NCBI RefSeq assembly: GCF_015265235.1
Contig: NZ_JABZYJ010000001.1
DNA length: 63,068 bases
Reading direction: 5' to 3' (one strand)
DNA from: Selenomonas sp.
GTDB lineage: Bacteria; Bacillota; Negativicutes; Selenomonadales; Selenomonadaceae
Made by a program: the position numbers and the translations under genes. Shown here piece by piece: positions 49,599 through 59,439 of this stretch. The notes under the pieces are model-generated. The model was not told the origin of the DNA, ran no database searches, and saw only the letters and a program-made list of their open reading frames with translations. Numbering within the stretch: position 1 is the first letter of the stretch; every line of letters begins with the position of its first letter.

Positions 49599-49626
49599 AG
49601 TGCAGACATCGTGTCTGCACTTTTTT
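49599..49626 (+). terminator. Intrinsic terminator after yebC
   Basis: AGTGCAGACA-tcg-TGTCTGCACT then TTTTT. Confidence 0.8.
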
Positions 49627-49648
49627 AGGAATCGCATAGGAACATACA

Positions 49649-50143
49649 ATGTTAGTACTTGGTATTGATCCAGGAACAGCCATTTGCGGCTACGGTTTTG
49701 TAGAGCAAAATGGGTCACGTTTACATGCTCATGCCTATGGAGCCGTTACAACACCATCAAAAATGCCTGTGGAACAGCGTTTGTTAAAAATCCATACAGT
49801 GCTTGATGAACTCATCCAAAAATATCGCCCCGATGCAATGGGCGTGGAACAGCTCTTCTTCAATCGCAATGTTACGACCGCCATACCGGTCGGACAGGCA
49901 CGTGGAGTCGTACTTCTCGCTGCGGCAAAAAACAACCTTGTGCTGATTGAGAGAACGCCGCTTCAGGTGAAACAATCCGTTACGGGATACGGAAAGGCAA
50001 CAAAGGAACAGGTCATCTACATGGTGACAAAACTCCTCCATCTGCCCGAGCCTCCTCATCCTGATGATACGGCGGATGCCCTCGCTGTCGCGATCAGCGC
50101 TGCACACTGTATGGACACAATTGCCTGGCGTAATCGATTGTAG
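49649..50143 (+). CDS. ruvC: Holliday junction resolvase RuvC
   Basis: LGIDPG, E.LFF..N, QARGV, VK..VTGYG.A.K.QV, DD.ADALA. Confidence 0.97.
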   Translation: MLVLGIDPGTAICGYGFVEQNGSRLHAHAYGAVTTPSKMPVEQRLLKIHTVLDELIQKYRPDAMGVEQLFFNRNVTTAIPVGQARGVVLLAAAKNNLVLIERTPLQVKQSVTGYGKATKEQVIYMVTKLLHLPEPPHPDDTADALAVAISAAHCMDTIAWRNRL

Positions 50144-50217
50144 GCTCATGTTGACCGAGATGAAATGAAGGCTGAAACTTCGCGAAGGATCGTTTTTAAC
50201 AGGAGCAGAGGAGATTT

Positions 50218-50817
50218 ATGATCGGATTTCTAAAAGGAAAAGCGACGCATATCACATCCGACTATTGCCTTCTTGATGTGCATGATGTAGGTTATCGCGT
50301 ATTCATTTCCAATCAGACGCGTGCACATATCAGTCCAAATGCAGAAGTTATGCTTTACATTCATACAAATGTACGAGAGGATGCCATTCTTCTCTATGGA
50401 TTCTTTTCGCGGGAAGAATATGACCTATTCCTCCATCTGATCGGCATTTCAGGCATCGGACCAAAAGTCGCTCAGGGAATCCTATCTTCGGCAACAGCAA
50501 ATGATTTCTACCGTATGGTGCAGCAAAAGGATGTAAAAGGTATCACAAAACTTCCCGGTATTGGCAAGAAGACGGCTGAGCGTATCCTGTTGGAACTGAA
50601 AGACAAACTATCAGATGTCTCGGTTGAAGATATGCCGGAAGGTGACAACAATGTCGGAGCAGAGACCGAAAATGATATGGTCGCTGAAGCAACAGAAGCA
50701 CTTCTCACACTCGGTTTTCAAGACAGTGAGATTCAGCGTGTATTCCGACAAAAGCATTCCTGCCAAAATACGGAGGAGCTGATCCGCTATGCATTGGCAG
50801 AACTGCAGCGGCTCTGA
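50218..50817 (+). CDS. ruvA: Holliday junction branch migration protein RuvA
   Basis: MIG.L.G, VGY, VRED...LYGF, HhH motifs SGIGPK and PGIGKKTAERI. Confidence 0.97.
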   Translation: MIGFLKGKATHITSDYCLLDVHDVGYRVFISNQTRAHISPNAEVMLYIHTNVREDAILLYGFFSREEYDLFLHLIGISGIGPKVAQGILSSATANDFYRMVQQKDVKGITKLPGIGKKTAERILLELKDKLSDVSVEDMPEGDNNVGAETENDMVAEATEALLTLGFQDSEIQRVFRQKHSCQNTEELIRYALAELQRL

Positions 50818-50838
50818 TCCAGGAGAGGAGGGAACACG

Positions 50839-51876
50839 ATGCCTGAGATGGAGGAAGATGAAGAAATCATTTCCTATGAAGAGCAGTCCACCGATGGCTG
50901 GCAGTATAGTCTGCGCCCGCGGCGGCTCAGTGAATACATTGGACAGGATAGAGTAAAGTCCAATTTATCCAAATTTATACAAGCGGCACTGTCGCGGGGA
51001 GAAGCACTCGATCATGTCCTCCTTTATGGTCCGCCGGGACTTGGAAAGACGACGCTCGCGGGCATTATTGCCAATGAGATGGGTGCTAATTTTCGCCAGA
51101 CATCGGCGCCTGCCATCGAACGGCAGGGAGATCTCGCCTCCCTGTTGACCAATTTACAGGAACACGATGTTCTCTTCATCGATGAGATCCATCGTCTTTC
51201 CCATCATGTTGAGGAAATACTCTATTCTGCAATGGAAGATCATGCCATTGATATTATTATAGGGAAGGGGCCAAGTGCGCGGTCCATCCGTTTAGACCTC
51301 GCACCGTTTACGCTGGTTGGGGCAACGACGAAGACGGGATCTCTATCGGCACCGCTGCGCGACCGATTTGGAATACAGGCGCGGTTGGAGTACTATACAA
51401 CCGACGCTCTCCTGCTCATCATCGAACGTACCGCTGAGATTCTTTCCGTTCATATCGAACGCGACGGTGCACTTGAGATTGCGCGCCGCTCGCGTGGAAC
51501 GCCGCGCGTTGCCAACCGTATTCTAAAGCGCGTACGTGATATTGCACAAGTGGCAGGCGAGGAAATTATTTCGCGTTCCATTACCCTCGACGCACTGGAT
51601 GCATTGGAAGTCGATGAATGTGGCCTAGAGAGCAAAGACCGTTATATGCTTGAGGTCATGATTCAGAAATTCTCCGGTGGCCCTGTCGGACTCAAGACAC
51701 TTGCGGCGGCACTGAGTGAGATGACAGAGACCATAGAGGACGTCTATGAGCCATATTTGATCCAGCTTGGCTTTATCGCCCGTACCGCACGCGGACGTGT
51801 TGTGACGCAGGGCGGCTATGAGCACATTGGGGTATCGTATCCACGCGGCGATGACAGACAGGGAGAGTTACTCTAA
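50839..51876 (+). CDS. ruvB: Holliday junction branch migration helicase RuvB
   Basis: [42 protein letters not shown]. Confidence 0.98.
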   Translation: MPEMEEDEEIISYEEQSTDGWQYSLRPRRLSEYIGQDRVKSNLSKFIQAALSRGEALDHVLLYGPPGLGKTTLAGIIANEMGANFRQTSAPAIERQGDLASLLTNLQEHDVLFIDEIHRLSHHVEEILYSAMEDHAIDIIIGKGPSARSIRLDLAPFTLVGATTKTGSLSAPLRDRFGIQARLEYYTTDALLLIIERTAEILSVHIERDGALEIARRSRGTPRVANRILKRVRDIAQVAGEEIISRSITLDALDALEVDECGLESKDRYMLEVMIQKFSGGPVGLKTLAAALSEMTETIEDVYEPYLIQLGFIARTARGRVVTQGGYEHIGVSYPRGDDRQGELL

Positions 51877-51877
51877 C

Positions 51878-52480
51878 ATGAAAATACTTTTGCACATGTG
51901 CTGCGGTCCATGTTCCTGCTATCCAGTAAAAAAATTGCGCAGCGACGGGATAGAGCCGACTGGTTATTTCTTTAACCCGAACATTCATCCATATCAGGAG
52001 TGGAGAGCACGGATGCAGGGGGCAGAACAGTTTGCAGAAACAGTACAGATGCCGATTGTCATCGATCGGGAATACCAGATGCGTTCATTCCTGAAAAAAG
52101 CTCTTCCTGCAGAGGATACGCGCGGTGGACGATGCCGCATGTGCTATACATGGCGTCTGCAGGAAACTGCTGCCTACGCAGCACAGCACGGATTCGATGC
52201 CTTTACATCAACCTTGTTCTACAGTATCTACCAACAGCATGATCTCATGCGTTCTGTTGCAGAATATTTTGCAGATCAGTACGGTATCACGTTCTACTAC
52301 GAAGACTTTCGTATCGGATGGCAGGAAGGTATTGATATGAGCAAGGCCATGGAACTCTACCGTCAATCCTACTGTGGATGTATTTTTAGTGAAGAAGAAC
52401 GATACAGCAAGGAACTGCAAAAAATTCGTCGCAAGGAAAATCGGGAGAAGAAACGACAACGCCAAATGCTTTCCGTGTGA
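51878..52480 (+). CDS. queH: Epoxyqueuosine reductase QueH (DUF208)
   Basis: LLH.CC.PC, NPNIHP..E...R, RC..CY..RL, YRQ.YCGC.FS; near queA; ATG 51878. Confidence 0.92.
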   Translation: MKILLHMCCGPCSCYPVKKLRSDGIEPTGYFFNPNIHPYQEWRARMQGAEQFAETVQMPIVIDREYQMRSFLKKALPAEDTRGGRCRMCYTWRLQETAAYAAQHGFDAFTSTLFYSIYQQHDLMRSVAEYFADQYGITFYYEDFRIGWQEGIDMSKAMELYRQSYCGCIFSEEERYSKELQKIRRKENREKKRQRQMLSV

Positions 52481-52495
52481 AGAGGGAGTGCAGCA

Positions 52496-53647
52496 ATGAA
52501 ATTGTGTTTGCGGTGCAGTATTCTTGTCATCAGTACACTGCTGTTCGTTGTTCCAGCCATTGTGTCCGCATCGTGGCAGCCGGAAATTACGGTAGGAATT
52601 TGTCAAGGTGTCGCGGAAGCAGAATTTTCCGGAAGAAATGCACTGCTTTATGTATACACAGATGAGCAGCAAAAAAGCCCCATTCTGACGATTCCGCAAC
52701 AGGAAAAACTGCGGGTTCGATTCCTTCATAATACATTTGAACTCAATGGAAAAACATATGAAGCCAAGCAGTTATACATCCAGGCAGGCGAAGATGAATC
52801 CATTTATATCAACGATATGCCGTATCGTGGTTATGTTACATTGCTGAAACAAAACGGCATGACTGTTATCAACCATGTTTTGACGGAGGATTATTTGTAC
52901 GGGGTTGTGCCCAAAGAAATGCCTTCGACGTGGCCGATGGGCGCTTTACGGGCGCAGAGTATTGCTGCACGAACGTTTGCCCTGAAGAACAGGAATCGCC
53001 ATAGCGAGCAAGGATTCGATCTGTGTAATACTGCGCATTGTCAAGTTTATGAAGGAAGTTCGGCAGAGACGAAGGAAACTACGGTAGCTGTTGATCGTAC
53101 GCGCGGGGAAGTGATGTTTTATCACGGCGCCATCATTGATGCTGTATTTCATACGGATTCCGGTGGTATGACTGAGTCCGCCGAACAGGTGTGGGGGAGC
53201 TATGTCCCTTATCTGCGTGCCGTATCCGAACTGCAGACGAAAACCAAGCCGTGGACACAACGTGTTTCAACGGCGCTGTTCGTGAAAAAAATGGAGGAGA
53301 GCGGAAAAAAGATTGGTCGCATGAAGTCGATTCATCTTTCTCCTCTCAGTATCGGCAAGGGGAGTAAAGATCGGAGCCCGAGCGGCCGCGTCCAGTTTAT
53401 TGAAGTTCTTGGTGACAAAGGAAATTGTGTTGTTTCAGGAAGTGACTTGCGCAGGCTGTTTGCTCTGCCAAGCACACTATTTGACGTGCAGCGTGAATCG
53501 TCCGATATTGTCTTTCGTGGCTATGGCGGAGGGCATGGTCTGGGCCTCTCGCAGTGGGGGGCCAAGGCATTTGCCGACCGGGGGAAGACTGACCGAGAGA
53601 TTTTATCGCACTACTATACGGATATAACCATTGAGAAAATATACTAA
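52496..53647 (+). CDS. SpoIID/LytB domain lytic transglycosylase
   Basis: Signal peptide; YRG, YLYGVVPKEM, AL.AQ..AART, CQVY, SGG.TE, G.GHG.GLSQWGA, IL.HYY. Confidence 0.93.
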   Translation: MKLCLRCSILVISTLLFVVPAIVSASWQPEITVGICQGVAEAEFSGRNALLYVYTDEQQKSPILTIPQQEKLRVRFLHNTFELNGKTYEAKQLYIQAGEDESIYINDMPYRGYVTLLKQNGMTVINHVLTEDYLYGVVPKEMPSTWPMGALRAQSIAARTFALKNRNRHSEQGFDLCNTAHCQVYEGSSAETKETTVAVDRTRGEVMFYHGAIIDAVFHTDSGGMTESAEQVWGSYVPYLRAVSELQTKTKPWTQRVSTALFVKKMEESGKKIGRMKSIHLSPLSIGKGSKDRSPSGRVQFIEVLGDKGNCVVSGSDLRRLFALPSTLFDVQRESSDIVFRGYGGGHGLGLSQWGAKAFADRGKTDREILSHYYTDITIEKIY

Positions 53648-53713
53648 ATGAACTACGGATATACCAAGCAATACGTTGTGTTATGCAGTCCGTAGTCATA
53701 TAAGGTGAGATCT

Positions 53714-54745
53714 ATGAATATTTCTGATTTCGATTACTTTCTTCCAGAGAAGCAAATCGCACAAGTTCCGGCAGACCCGCGAGATTCTTCACGCATGATG
53801 GTGCTGTCCCCCAAAACACAGACCATCGAACATCGGCACTTTTATCAGCTGGATGAATATCTGACGGATGGAGATGTACTGATATTCAATGATACCCGAG
53901 TAATCCCAGCGCGTCTCATTGGTGTCAGACAGCCGACTGGGGGAAAGGCTGAGGTTTTTTTACTGCGCCAACTGGAACGAGATCGATGGGAAGTTCTTGT
54001 GAAGCCCGGCAAAAAAATGCGCGTCGGCTCTGTGATTACGTTTGGTCATGAGCTGTCCTGCGAGGTGCTTGAACATACGGATTTCGGCGGACGAATTGTA
54101 AAATTCTCCTATGAGGGAATCTTTGAAGAGATTCTGGATCGTTTGGGAACGATGCCTCTTCCACCTTACATTCATGAGACACTGGAGGATCCGGAGCGTT
54201 ACCAAACGATTTACAGCCGAGAGAAAGGCTCTGCAGCAGCGCCGACGGCAGGACTCCATTTTACGGAGTCTCTTATGGATCGGCTGCGGAAAAAGGGGGT
54301 GCACCTCGGCTTCGTCACACTGCATGTTGGTCTCGGCACATTTCGCCCGGTTCAAGTCGATGAGATCGAAGATCATGTCATGCACAGCGAATTTTATTCC
54401 ATCCCGACTGAGACAGCAGACCTGATCCGCATGGCAAAGCAGGAAGGACGACGGGTTGTTGCGGTGGGGACGACTTCCATCCGTACGCTGGAATCTGCGG
54501 CGGTCGATCATGGAATGATCGAAGCAAAGCAGGGGTGGACGAATATTTTCATCTATCCGGGGTATCAATTCAAAATCGTTGATGCTGTGATTACAAACTT
54601 CCATCTGCCAAAATCTACTCTGATTATGTTGGTCAGTGCATTTGCCGGACGAGAATTTACCCTGCAGGCATACCGAACAGCCGTCGAGGAGAACTATCGA
54701 TTCTTTTCATTCGGCGATGCCATGTTGATTCAATCACGAGCATAA
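53714..54745 (+). CDS. queA: SAM:tRNA ribosyltransferase-isomerase QueA
   Basis: [60 protein letters not shown]. Confidence 0.98.
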   Translation: MNISDFDYFLPEKQIAQVPADPRDSSRMMVLSPKTQTIEHRHFYQLDEYLTDGDVLIFNDTRVIPARLIGVRQPTGGKAEVFLLRQLERDRWEVLVKPGKKMRVGSVITFGHELSCEVLEHTDFGGRIVKFSYEGIFEEILDRLGTMPLPPYIHETLEDPERYQTIYSREKGSAAAPTAGLHFTESLMDRLRKKGVHLGFVTLHVGLGTFRPVQVDEIEDHVMHSEFYSIPTETADLIRMAKQEGRRVVAVGTTSIRTLESAAVDHGMIEAKQGWTNIFIYPGYQFKIVDAVITNFHLPKSTLIMLVSAFAGREFTLQAYRTAVEENYRFFSFGDAMLIQSRA

Positions 54746-54751
54746 AGAAAG

Positions 54752-54789
54752 GACAGTCATACGAAGGTATTGCTCTTCGTATGACTGTC
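54752..54789. terminator. Hairpin between convergent queA and SGNH gene; copy 4 of the palindrome family
   Basis: Perfect 15-bp inverted repeat GACAGTCATACGAAG / CTTCGTATGACTGTC. Confidence 0.8.
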
Positions 54790-54791
54790 TC

Positions 54792-56417
54792 TTACTTTTC
54801 CGGAATATCACTCAGAAGGTCACGGTGCTGATTGATCAGATCAGCCATCATTCTCTTTCCGTTGACATCTGGATGCAGCCCGTCGGTTGACAGCAGCGGA
54901 TCTAGGACACTCCACTTTGCATCATAGAAATATGGCTCTATGTCAATGTAATACTCCTGTGATCGAATCCACGTATTGATGAGACTCAGCTTCATTTTCC
55001 ACGTAGGATCCGTTTCAGTATGAAATGCTAGTTGAATACGTTCCGGATTCAGCGGCAGCAGTGTTAAGAAAATAGGACGGATGCCATGTAGAGAACACTT
55101 CTTTCGGATGGCGTCCAGATCCTTTATAATTTCTTGTGCAGGCGTATCCGCCCGCAGACTGTTGGAGCCTGTGAGAATCAAAAGATTAGCCGGGTGCAGG
55201 GGGAGCACGTCCTGGTCAAAGCGCTCCAGTGTCGTGTGCGATGTATCCCCGCTGCGGCCAAGGTTGAGACATTCAAAGGAAAGATATGTCGTATAGCTGT
55301 ACTCTAGGAATGCGGGGGAGCTCGATATCGCACCACCTCCATGAGTGATGCTGTCTCCGAGTGCCGCAGCGTAAACATGTCCTGATGGGGCGGGATTCAC
55401 TGTAAATGATGCCACATCCGACCATGTTCCAACGGTATGACCTTTGGCATCCAACCCACGTACACGCCAGTAGTAGGTGCCGGCATAGGGGCGTGCGTAT
55501 TCATCGTAAATGGCATTGACATCGGAGATGGTTTGTGCCCAGGCACGATGTGGATCCGGTTTTGTTCCATGGTCGAGCTCTGGTTTTTCTGTCAGCAGTT
55601 CAACCTCGTACGTGTGGACGCCGTTCATCGGAATCCATTGGTAGACTGGGTAGATTGGCTGATGGAAATTCATGACCTGATCGAAAATATTCGGTAGAGG
55701 ACGATCGGGAATCGCTGCATTTTGATCGATGACAAGCGGCTCAGCGGCAGAAAACTCGCCGATGGGTTCCTGCTTTAATCCCAAGGCACGGACTCTCCAA
55801 TAGATTGTCTTATGGGAGGAAAACTTTCGCAGGTCTGCCTGCCAACCATTCGTGAATACATCGCGGGTGCTGGTCAAATGGTATTTCGTGGAAAGTGCGA
55901 TGCCACCTTCCTGCTCCGGCGGAGCAGAGAGCAGCTCCACTTCGTAGAGAACCGCGTTAGGAATGCTGTGCCAAACGAGAAAGGGCATAAGACTTGCCGG
56001 ATGTTCTTTTGTATAATGGTAGATTGGAATAGGTGCCTGTGCAGCGAAATAGGGGGAAGCAACCTCCGTCGATGGAGATGTCAGAGCACCAAACATACCG
56101 TATGCAGTGATTCGATAATAAAAGGGAATTGGCGCCGAGGAGATCCGGTAGGAAGGCGTTGTTGTAAACTCTGTCTTAACAAGCTCAAATTCAGCTTTGT
56201 CTGTGCCCGTTCCCGTTGTCTTGATATAGGTATCCACGCGATAGTAGCATGGATATGCAGGGCGTTCCCAACGCAGCGTGACGGTGCCGTCTTCCTCGTA
56301 TACCTTTGCAGAAATGTCGAGCTCACGCAAATGCAGGAAATCGGTTTTCTCAAGAAAAAAAATGCATCCGATAACGATAAAAAAAATGAGGCCTGTAAAA
56401 AACAAATATTGCTTCAT
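54792..56417 (-). CDS. Membrane-anchored SGNH/GDSL hydrolase with three Fn3-like repeats
   Basis: N-terminal TM; repeats W...Y.V...YWRVR; SGNH blocks GDSIT, G.SGD, GSN, DGLHP; ATG 56417. Confidence 0.88.
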   Translation of the reverse strand: MKQYLFFTGLIFFIVIGCIFFLEKTDFLHLRELDISAKVYEEDGTVTLRWERPAYPCYYRVDTYIKTTGTGTDKAEFELVKTEFTTTPSYRISSAPIPFYYRITAYGMFGALTSPSTEVASPYFAAQAPIPIYHYTKEHPASLMPFLVWHSIPNAVLYEVELLSAPPEQEGGIALSTKYHLTSTRDVFTNGWQADLRKFSSHKTIYWRVRALGLKQEPIGEFSAAEPLVIDQNAAIPDRPLPNIFDQVMNFHQPIYPVYQWIPMNGVHTYEVELLTEKPELDHGTKPDPHRAWAQTISDVNAIYDEYARPYAGTYYWRVRGLDAKGHTVGTWSDVASFTVNPAPSGHVYAAALGDSITHGGGAISSSPAFLEYSYTTYLSFECLNLGRSGDTSHTTLERFDQDVLPLHPANLLILTGSNSLRADTPAQEIIKDLDAIRKKCSLHGIRPIFLTLLPLNPERIQLAFHTETDPTWKMKLSLINTWIRSQEYYIDIEPYFYDAKWSVLDPLLSTDGLHPDVNGKRMMADLINQHRDLLSDIPEK

Positions 56418-56471
56418 AGATTCACCCAAAGATGATATGATAGAAAACTCCTTAGAAAGGCAGGGGTCAAT

Positions 56472-57008
56472 ATGGAAAAAAAAGGTCTAATTATCGTTCA
56501 CACCGGTGACGGTAAGGGAAAGACAACGGCAGCCCTTGGTATGGCGATGCGTGCGTGGGGAAATGGCATGCGCGTACTGATCCTCCAATTCATTAAGGGA
56601 AGCCGAACCTACGGTGAATTGGAGGCGATCAAGGCACTTCATTCGCTGCATGAGCGGATTGAGATTCGACAGGGGGGCCTTGGCTTTTCTCAGCGCGGAG
56701 ACAATAGGGAGGAACAGCATCGTCAGGCAGCGCAGGAGCTTCTCCATACGGCGAAGAATGAAATCCAACAGGGAATGTGGGATATGATCATCCTCGACGA
56801 ATTCAATTATGCATATTCCTTTGGCTTTATCAAACGAAATGAATTGGATGATCTGCTCGCCGCACGACCTTCCTGTATGCACCTTATTTTCACGGGCAGG
56901 AATGCCGCACAGGAACTCATTGAGCGAGCGGATCTTGTCACAGAGATGAAGCTGGTCAAACATCCTTATCAGCAGGGAATCAAAGCGCAAGAAGGTATCG
57001 AATTCTAA
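56472..57008 (+). CDS. cobO: Cob(I)alamin adenosyltransferase (CobO/BtuR family)
   Basis: TGDGKGKTTAALG, QFIKG, ILDE, TGR.A, ADLVTEM..KHP...G..A..GIEF. Confidence 0.95.
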   Translation: MEKKGLIIVHTGDGKGKTTAALGMAMRAWGNGMRVLILQFIKGSRTYGELEAIKALHSLHERIEIRQGGLGFSQRGDNREEQHRQAAQELLHTAKNEIQQGMWDMIILDEFNYAYSFGFIKRNELDDLLAARPSCMHLIFTGRNAAQELIERADLVTEMKLVKHPYQQGIKAQEGIEF

Positions 57009-57072
57009 TCCGATTATAGCATATTTGACAACAGCGTGCTACGAAAGATATACATGCTATAGCAACATTTGG

Positions 57073-57101
57073 TTGAAAAAAAAGGAGGAATGCGCTAAAA
57101 T
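57073..57101 (+). promoter_or_regulatory. Putative sigma-A promoter of ilvD
   Basis: TTGAAA-17 bp-TAAAAT. Confidence 0.55.
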
Positions 57102-57181
57102 CTCTGTCATGTATTTGTTATCTCCGCTTATGCTGAAAATTTATTCCTGCATAAGCGAAGTGGAAGTGGGGGAGAATCCTT

Positions 57182-58834
57182 ATGAGAAGCGATGTTGTAA
57201 AAAAAGGTGCGACACGCTGTGCGCATCGTTCACTTTTTCATGCCAATGGATATGGGGAGGAAGATCTTGCAAAGCCGCTGATTGGTGTCTGCAATTCATT
57301 CAACGAGATTATTCCCGGTCATTTTCATCTCAATACGATTGCGGAAGCCGTAAAACTCGGCGTGGCTGCTGCCGGTGGCACACCGATTGAATTTCCGTCC
57401 ATCGGTGTGTGTGATGGAATTGCAATGGGGCATACAGGGATGAAATACTCCCTTGCCAGCCGTGAGCTGATCGCCGATTCGATTGAGGCCGTTACCATGG
57501 CGTCTGGCTTTGATGGACTTGTTCTGATTCCAAACTGCGACAAGGTTGTTCCGGGAATGTTGATGGCGGCAGCGCGTCTGAACATTCCAGCCATTTTGGT
57601 CAGCGGCGGACCGATGCTGGCAGGCCGCCATCACGGGCGCAACATCAGTGTCAGTCAGGCATTCGAGGCCGCCGGCATGTTTGCCGCCGGCAAGATGGAC
57701 GCAGAGGAAATGACGACGATCGAGGAACATGCCTGTCCAAGTTGTGGCTCTTGCGCTGGGCTTTTTACCGCAAACACCATGAACTCTTTGACCGAGGTGC
57801 TCGGCATGGGGCTTCCCGGGAACGGGACAATACCTGCACCGTATACCGGAGAACGTCGTCTGCTCGCCAAGATGGCAGGCACCATTATTCTCGATCTCGT
57901 ACGCAAGAATATTTGCCCGCGCGATATAATGACACGTGATGCATTCGAGAATGCCATCACCGTTGATATGGGGATTGGCGGATCGTCCAACACCGTCCTT
58001 CACCTTACGGCAATCGCACACGAAGCAGGTATTGAGCTCCCTACGCCTCTCTTTGATGAAATCAGCCGACGCACTCCGTACATTACGAAGTTGAGCCCTG
58101 CCGGTACACATCACATGCAGGATCTGAACGAGGCGGGCGGCATCTCTGCGGTGATGAAGGAACTGTCCAAGAAGAATTTGCTTCATCTGGACGCATTGAC
58201 AGTGACGGGGACTGTACGCGAGCGGATTGCACACGCAGAAGTCCTGGATCCCACGGTCATCCACAGCGTTGAGCATCCCTATCGCTCCGAGGGTGGTCTT
58301 GCTATACTGAGCGGTAATCTTGCACCGGACTATGCTGTCGTGAAAGCATCTGCCGTGTCAGATGATATGCTTACCTATCGAGGATCGGCAAAATGCTTTA
58401 ACTCCGAAGAAGAGGGAGTAAATGCCATCATGGAGGGGAAGATCCATGATGGTGATGTCGTTGTCATACGCTACGAAGGGCCAAAAGGCGGGCCTGGGAT
58501 GCAGGAAATGCTGAATCCAACTGCCGTGATTACAGGCATGGGGCTCAAGGTTGGGCTCATCACCGACGGGCGTTTTAGTGGTGCAAGTCAGGGCGCCTGT
58601 GTTGGGCATGTGTCTCCCGAAGCCATGTCAGGCGGTCCTATCGCACTGATCGAAGATGGGGATATGATTACCATCGACATTCCGAATCGCAGACTTGAAC
58701 TCGAAGTCAGTGATGAAGAACTTGAAAAACGGCGTAAGAATTGGGTAAAACCGGAACAAAAAATCAAAACGGGATATCTTGCGCGTTATGCTAAGTTAAC
58801 AACATCGGCCAACACAGGCGCAATTCTGCAGTGA
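57182..58834 (+). CDS. ilvD: Dihydroxy-acid dehydratase
   Basis: [63 protein letters not shown]. Confidence 0.98.
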   Translation: MRSDVVKKGATRCAHRSLFHANGYGEEDLAKPLIGVCNSFNEIIPGHFHLNTIAEAVKLGVAAAGGTPIEFPSIGVCDGIAMGHTGMKYSLASRELIADSIEAVTMASGFDGLVLIPNCDKVVPGMLMAAARLNIPAILVSGGPMLAGRHHGRNISVSQAFEAAGMFAAGKMDAEEMTTIEEHACPSCGSCAGLFTANTMNSLTEVLGMGLPGNGTIPAPYTGERRLLAKMAGTIILDLVRKNICPRDIMTRDAFENAITVDMGIGGSSNTVLHLTAIAHEAGIELPTPLFDEISRRTPYITKLSPAGTHHMQDLNEAGGISAVMKELSKKNLLHLDALTVTGTVRERIAHAEVLDPTVIHSVEHPYRSEGGLAILSGNLAPDYAVVKASAVSDDMLTYRGSAKCFNSEEEGVNAIMEGKIHDGDVVVIRYEGPKGGPGMQEMLNPTAVITGMGLKVGLITDGRFSGASQGACVGHVSPEAMSGGPIALIEDGDMITIDIPNRRLELEVSDEELEKRRKNWVKPEQKIKTGYLARYAKLTTSANTGAILQ

Positions 58835-58843
58835 TTTTGATTC

Positions 58844-58879
58844 GACCCATGGGAGATTCTCCTCCTATGGGTTGTTTTT
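58844..58879 (+). terminator. Intrinsic terminator after ilvD
   Basis: GACCCATGGGAG / CTCCTATGGGTT stem then GTTTTT. Confidence 0.8.
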
Positions 58880-58941
58880 ATGATGTCAATTCGATATAAT
58901 GTCGTTGCGTTATTCAGAAAAAGAATGGAGAAGCGAACAAT

Positions 58942-59439
58942 ATGCATATTGTTCTCGTCGAACCCGAGATCCCTGGAAACACCGGAAATATTGCACGGCT
59001 GTGCGCGGGGACAGGAATGGAGCTGCATCTGGTACGGCCTCTCGGATTTTCAACCGACGATAAGCATTTAAAACGCGCCGGGCTCGATTATTGGCATCTT
59101 GTCCGCGTTCACTATCACGATTCTTTTGCGGCGCTCCACCAACAATATCATGAGCATACATTTTACTTCTGCAGTACGAAAGCGCGTCACAGCTACTGTG
59201 ATATATTCTACAAAATGGACGATTTTCTCGTTTTTGGGAAGGAAAGCGCGGGTCTGCCGGAGTCTTTATTGACAGCTCATGCAGCCAATACCATCCGCAT
59301 TCCGATGCGGGAAGAAGCACGCTCGTTAAATTTATCCAATGCTGTTGCTGTCGTGGCGTTTGAAGCCCTGCGGCAGCATCAATTTGCCGACTTACGTATA
59401 CACGGAACCGGTTGCCATGGAAGGAGCACACAGATATGA
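58942..59439 (+). CDS. trmL: tRNA (cytidine/uridine-34 2'-O)-methyltransferase
   Basis: PEIP.NTGNI.R.C, LKRAGLDYW, FG.ES.GLP, RSLNLSN. Confidence 0.96.
   Translation: MHIVLVEPEIPGNTGNIARLCAGTGMELHLVRPLGFSTDDKHLKRAGLDYWHLVRVHYHDSFAALHQQYHEHTFYFCSTKARHSYCDIFYKMDDFLVFGKESAGLPESLLTAHAANTIRIPMREEARSLNLSNAVAVVAFEALRQHQFADLRIHGTGCHGRSTQI

Noticed and set aside
49627..50217. LexA (GAAC-N4-GTTC) box upstream of ruvC or ruvA
   Set aside because: No convincing match found in either intergenic region
52496..53647. SpoIID-like gene as evidence of sporulation
   Set aside because: SpoIID/LytB proteins between ruvB and queA are common vegetative lytic transglycosylases; no other sporulation genes are in the window
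57127..57141. CodY box upstream of ilvD (CTTATGCTGAAAATT)
   Set aside because: Four mismatches to AATTTTCWGAAAATT; too weak to call
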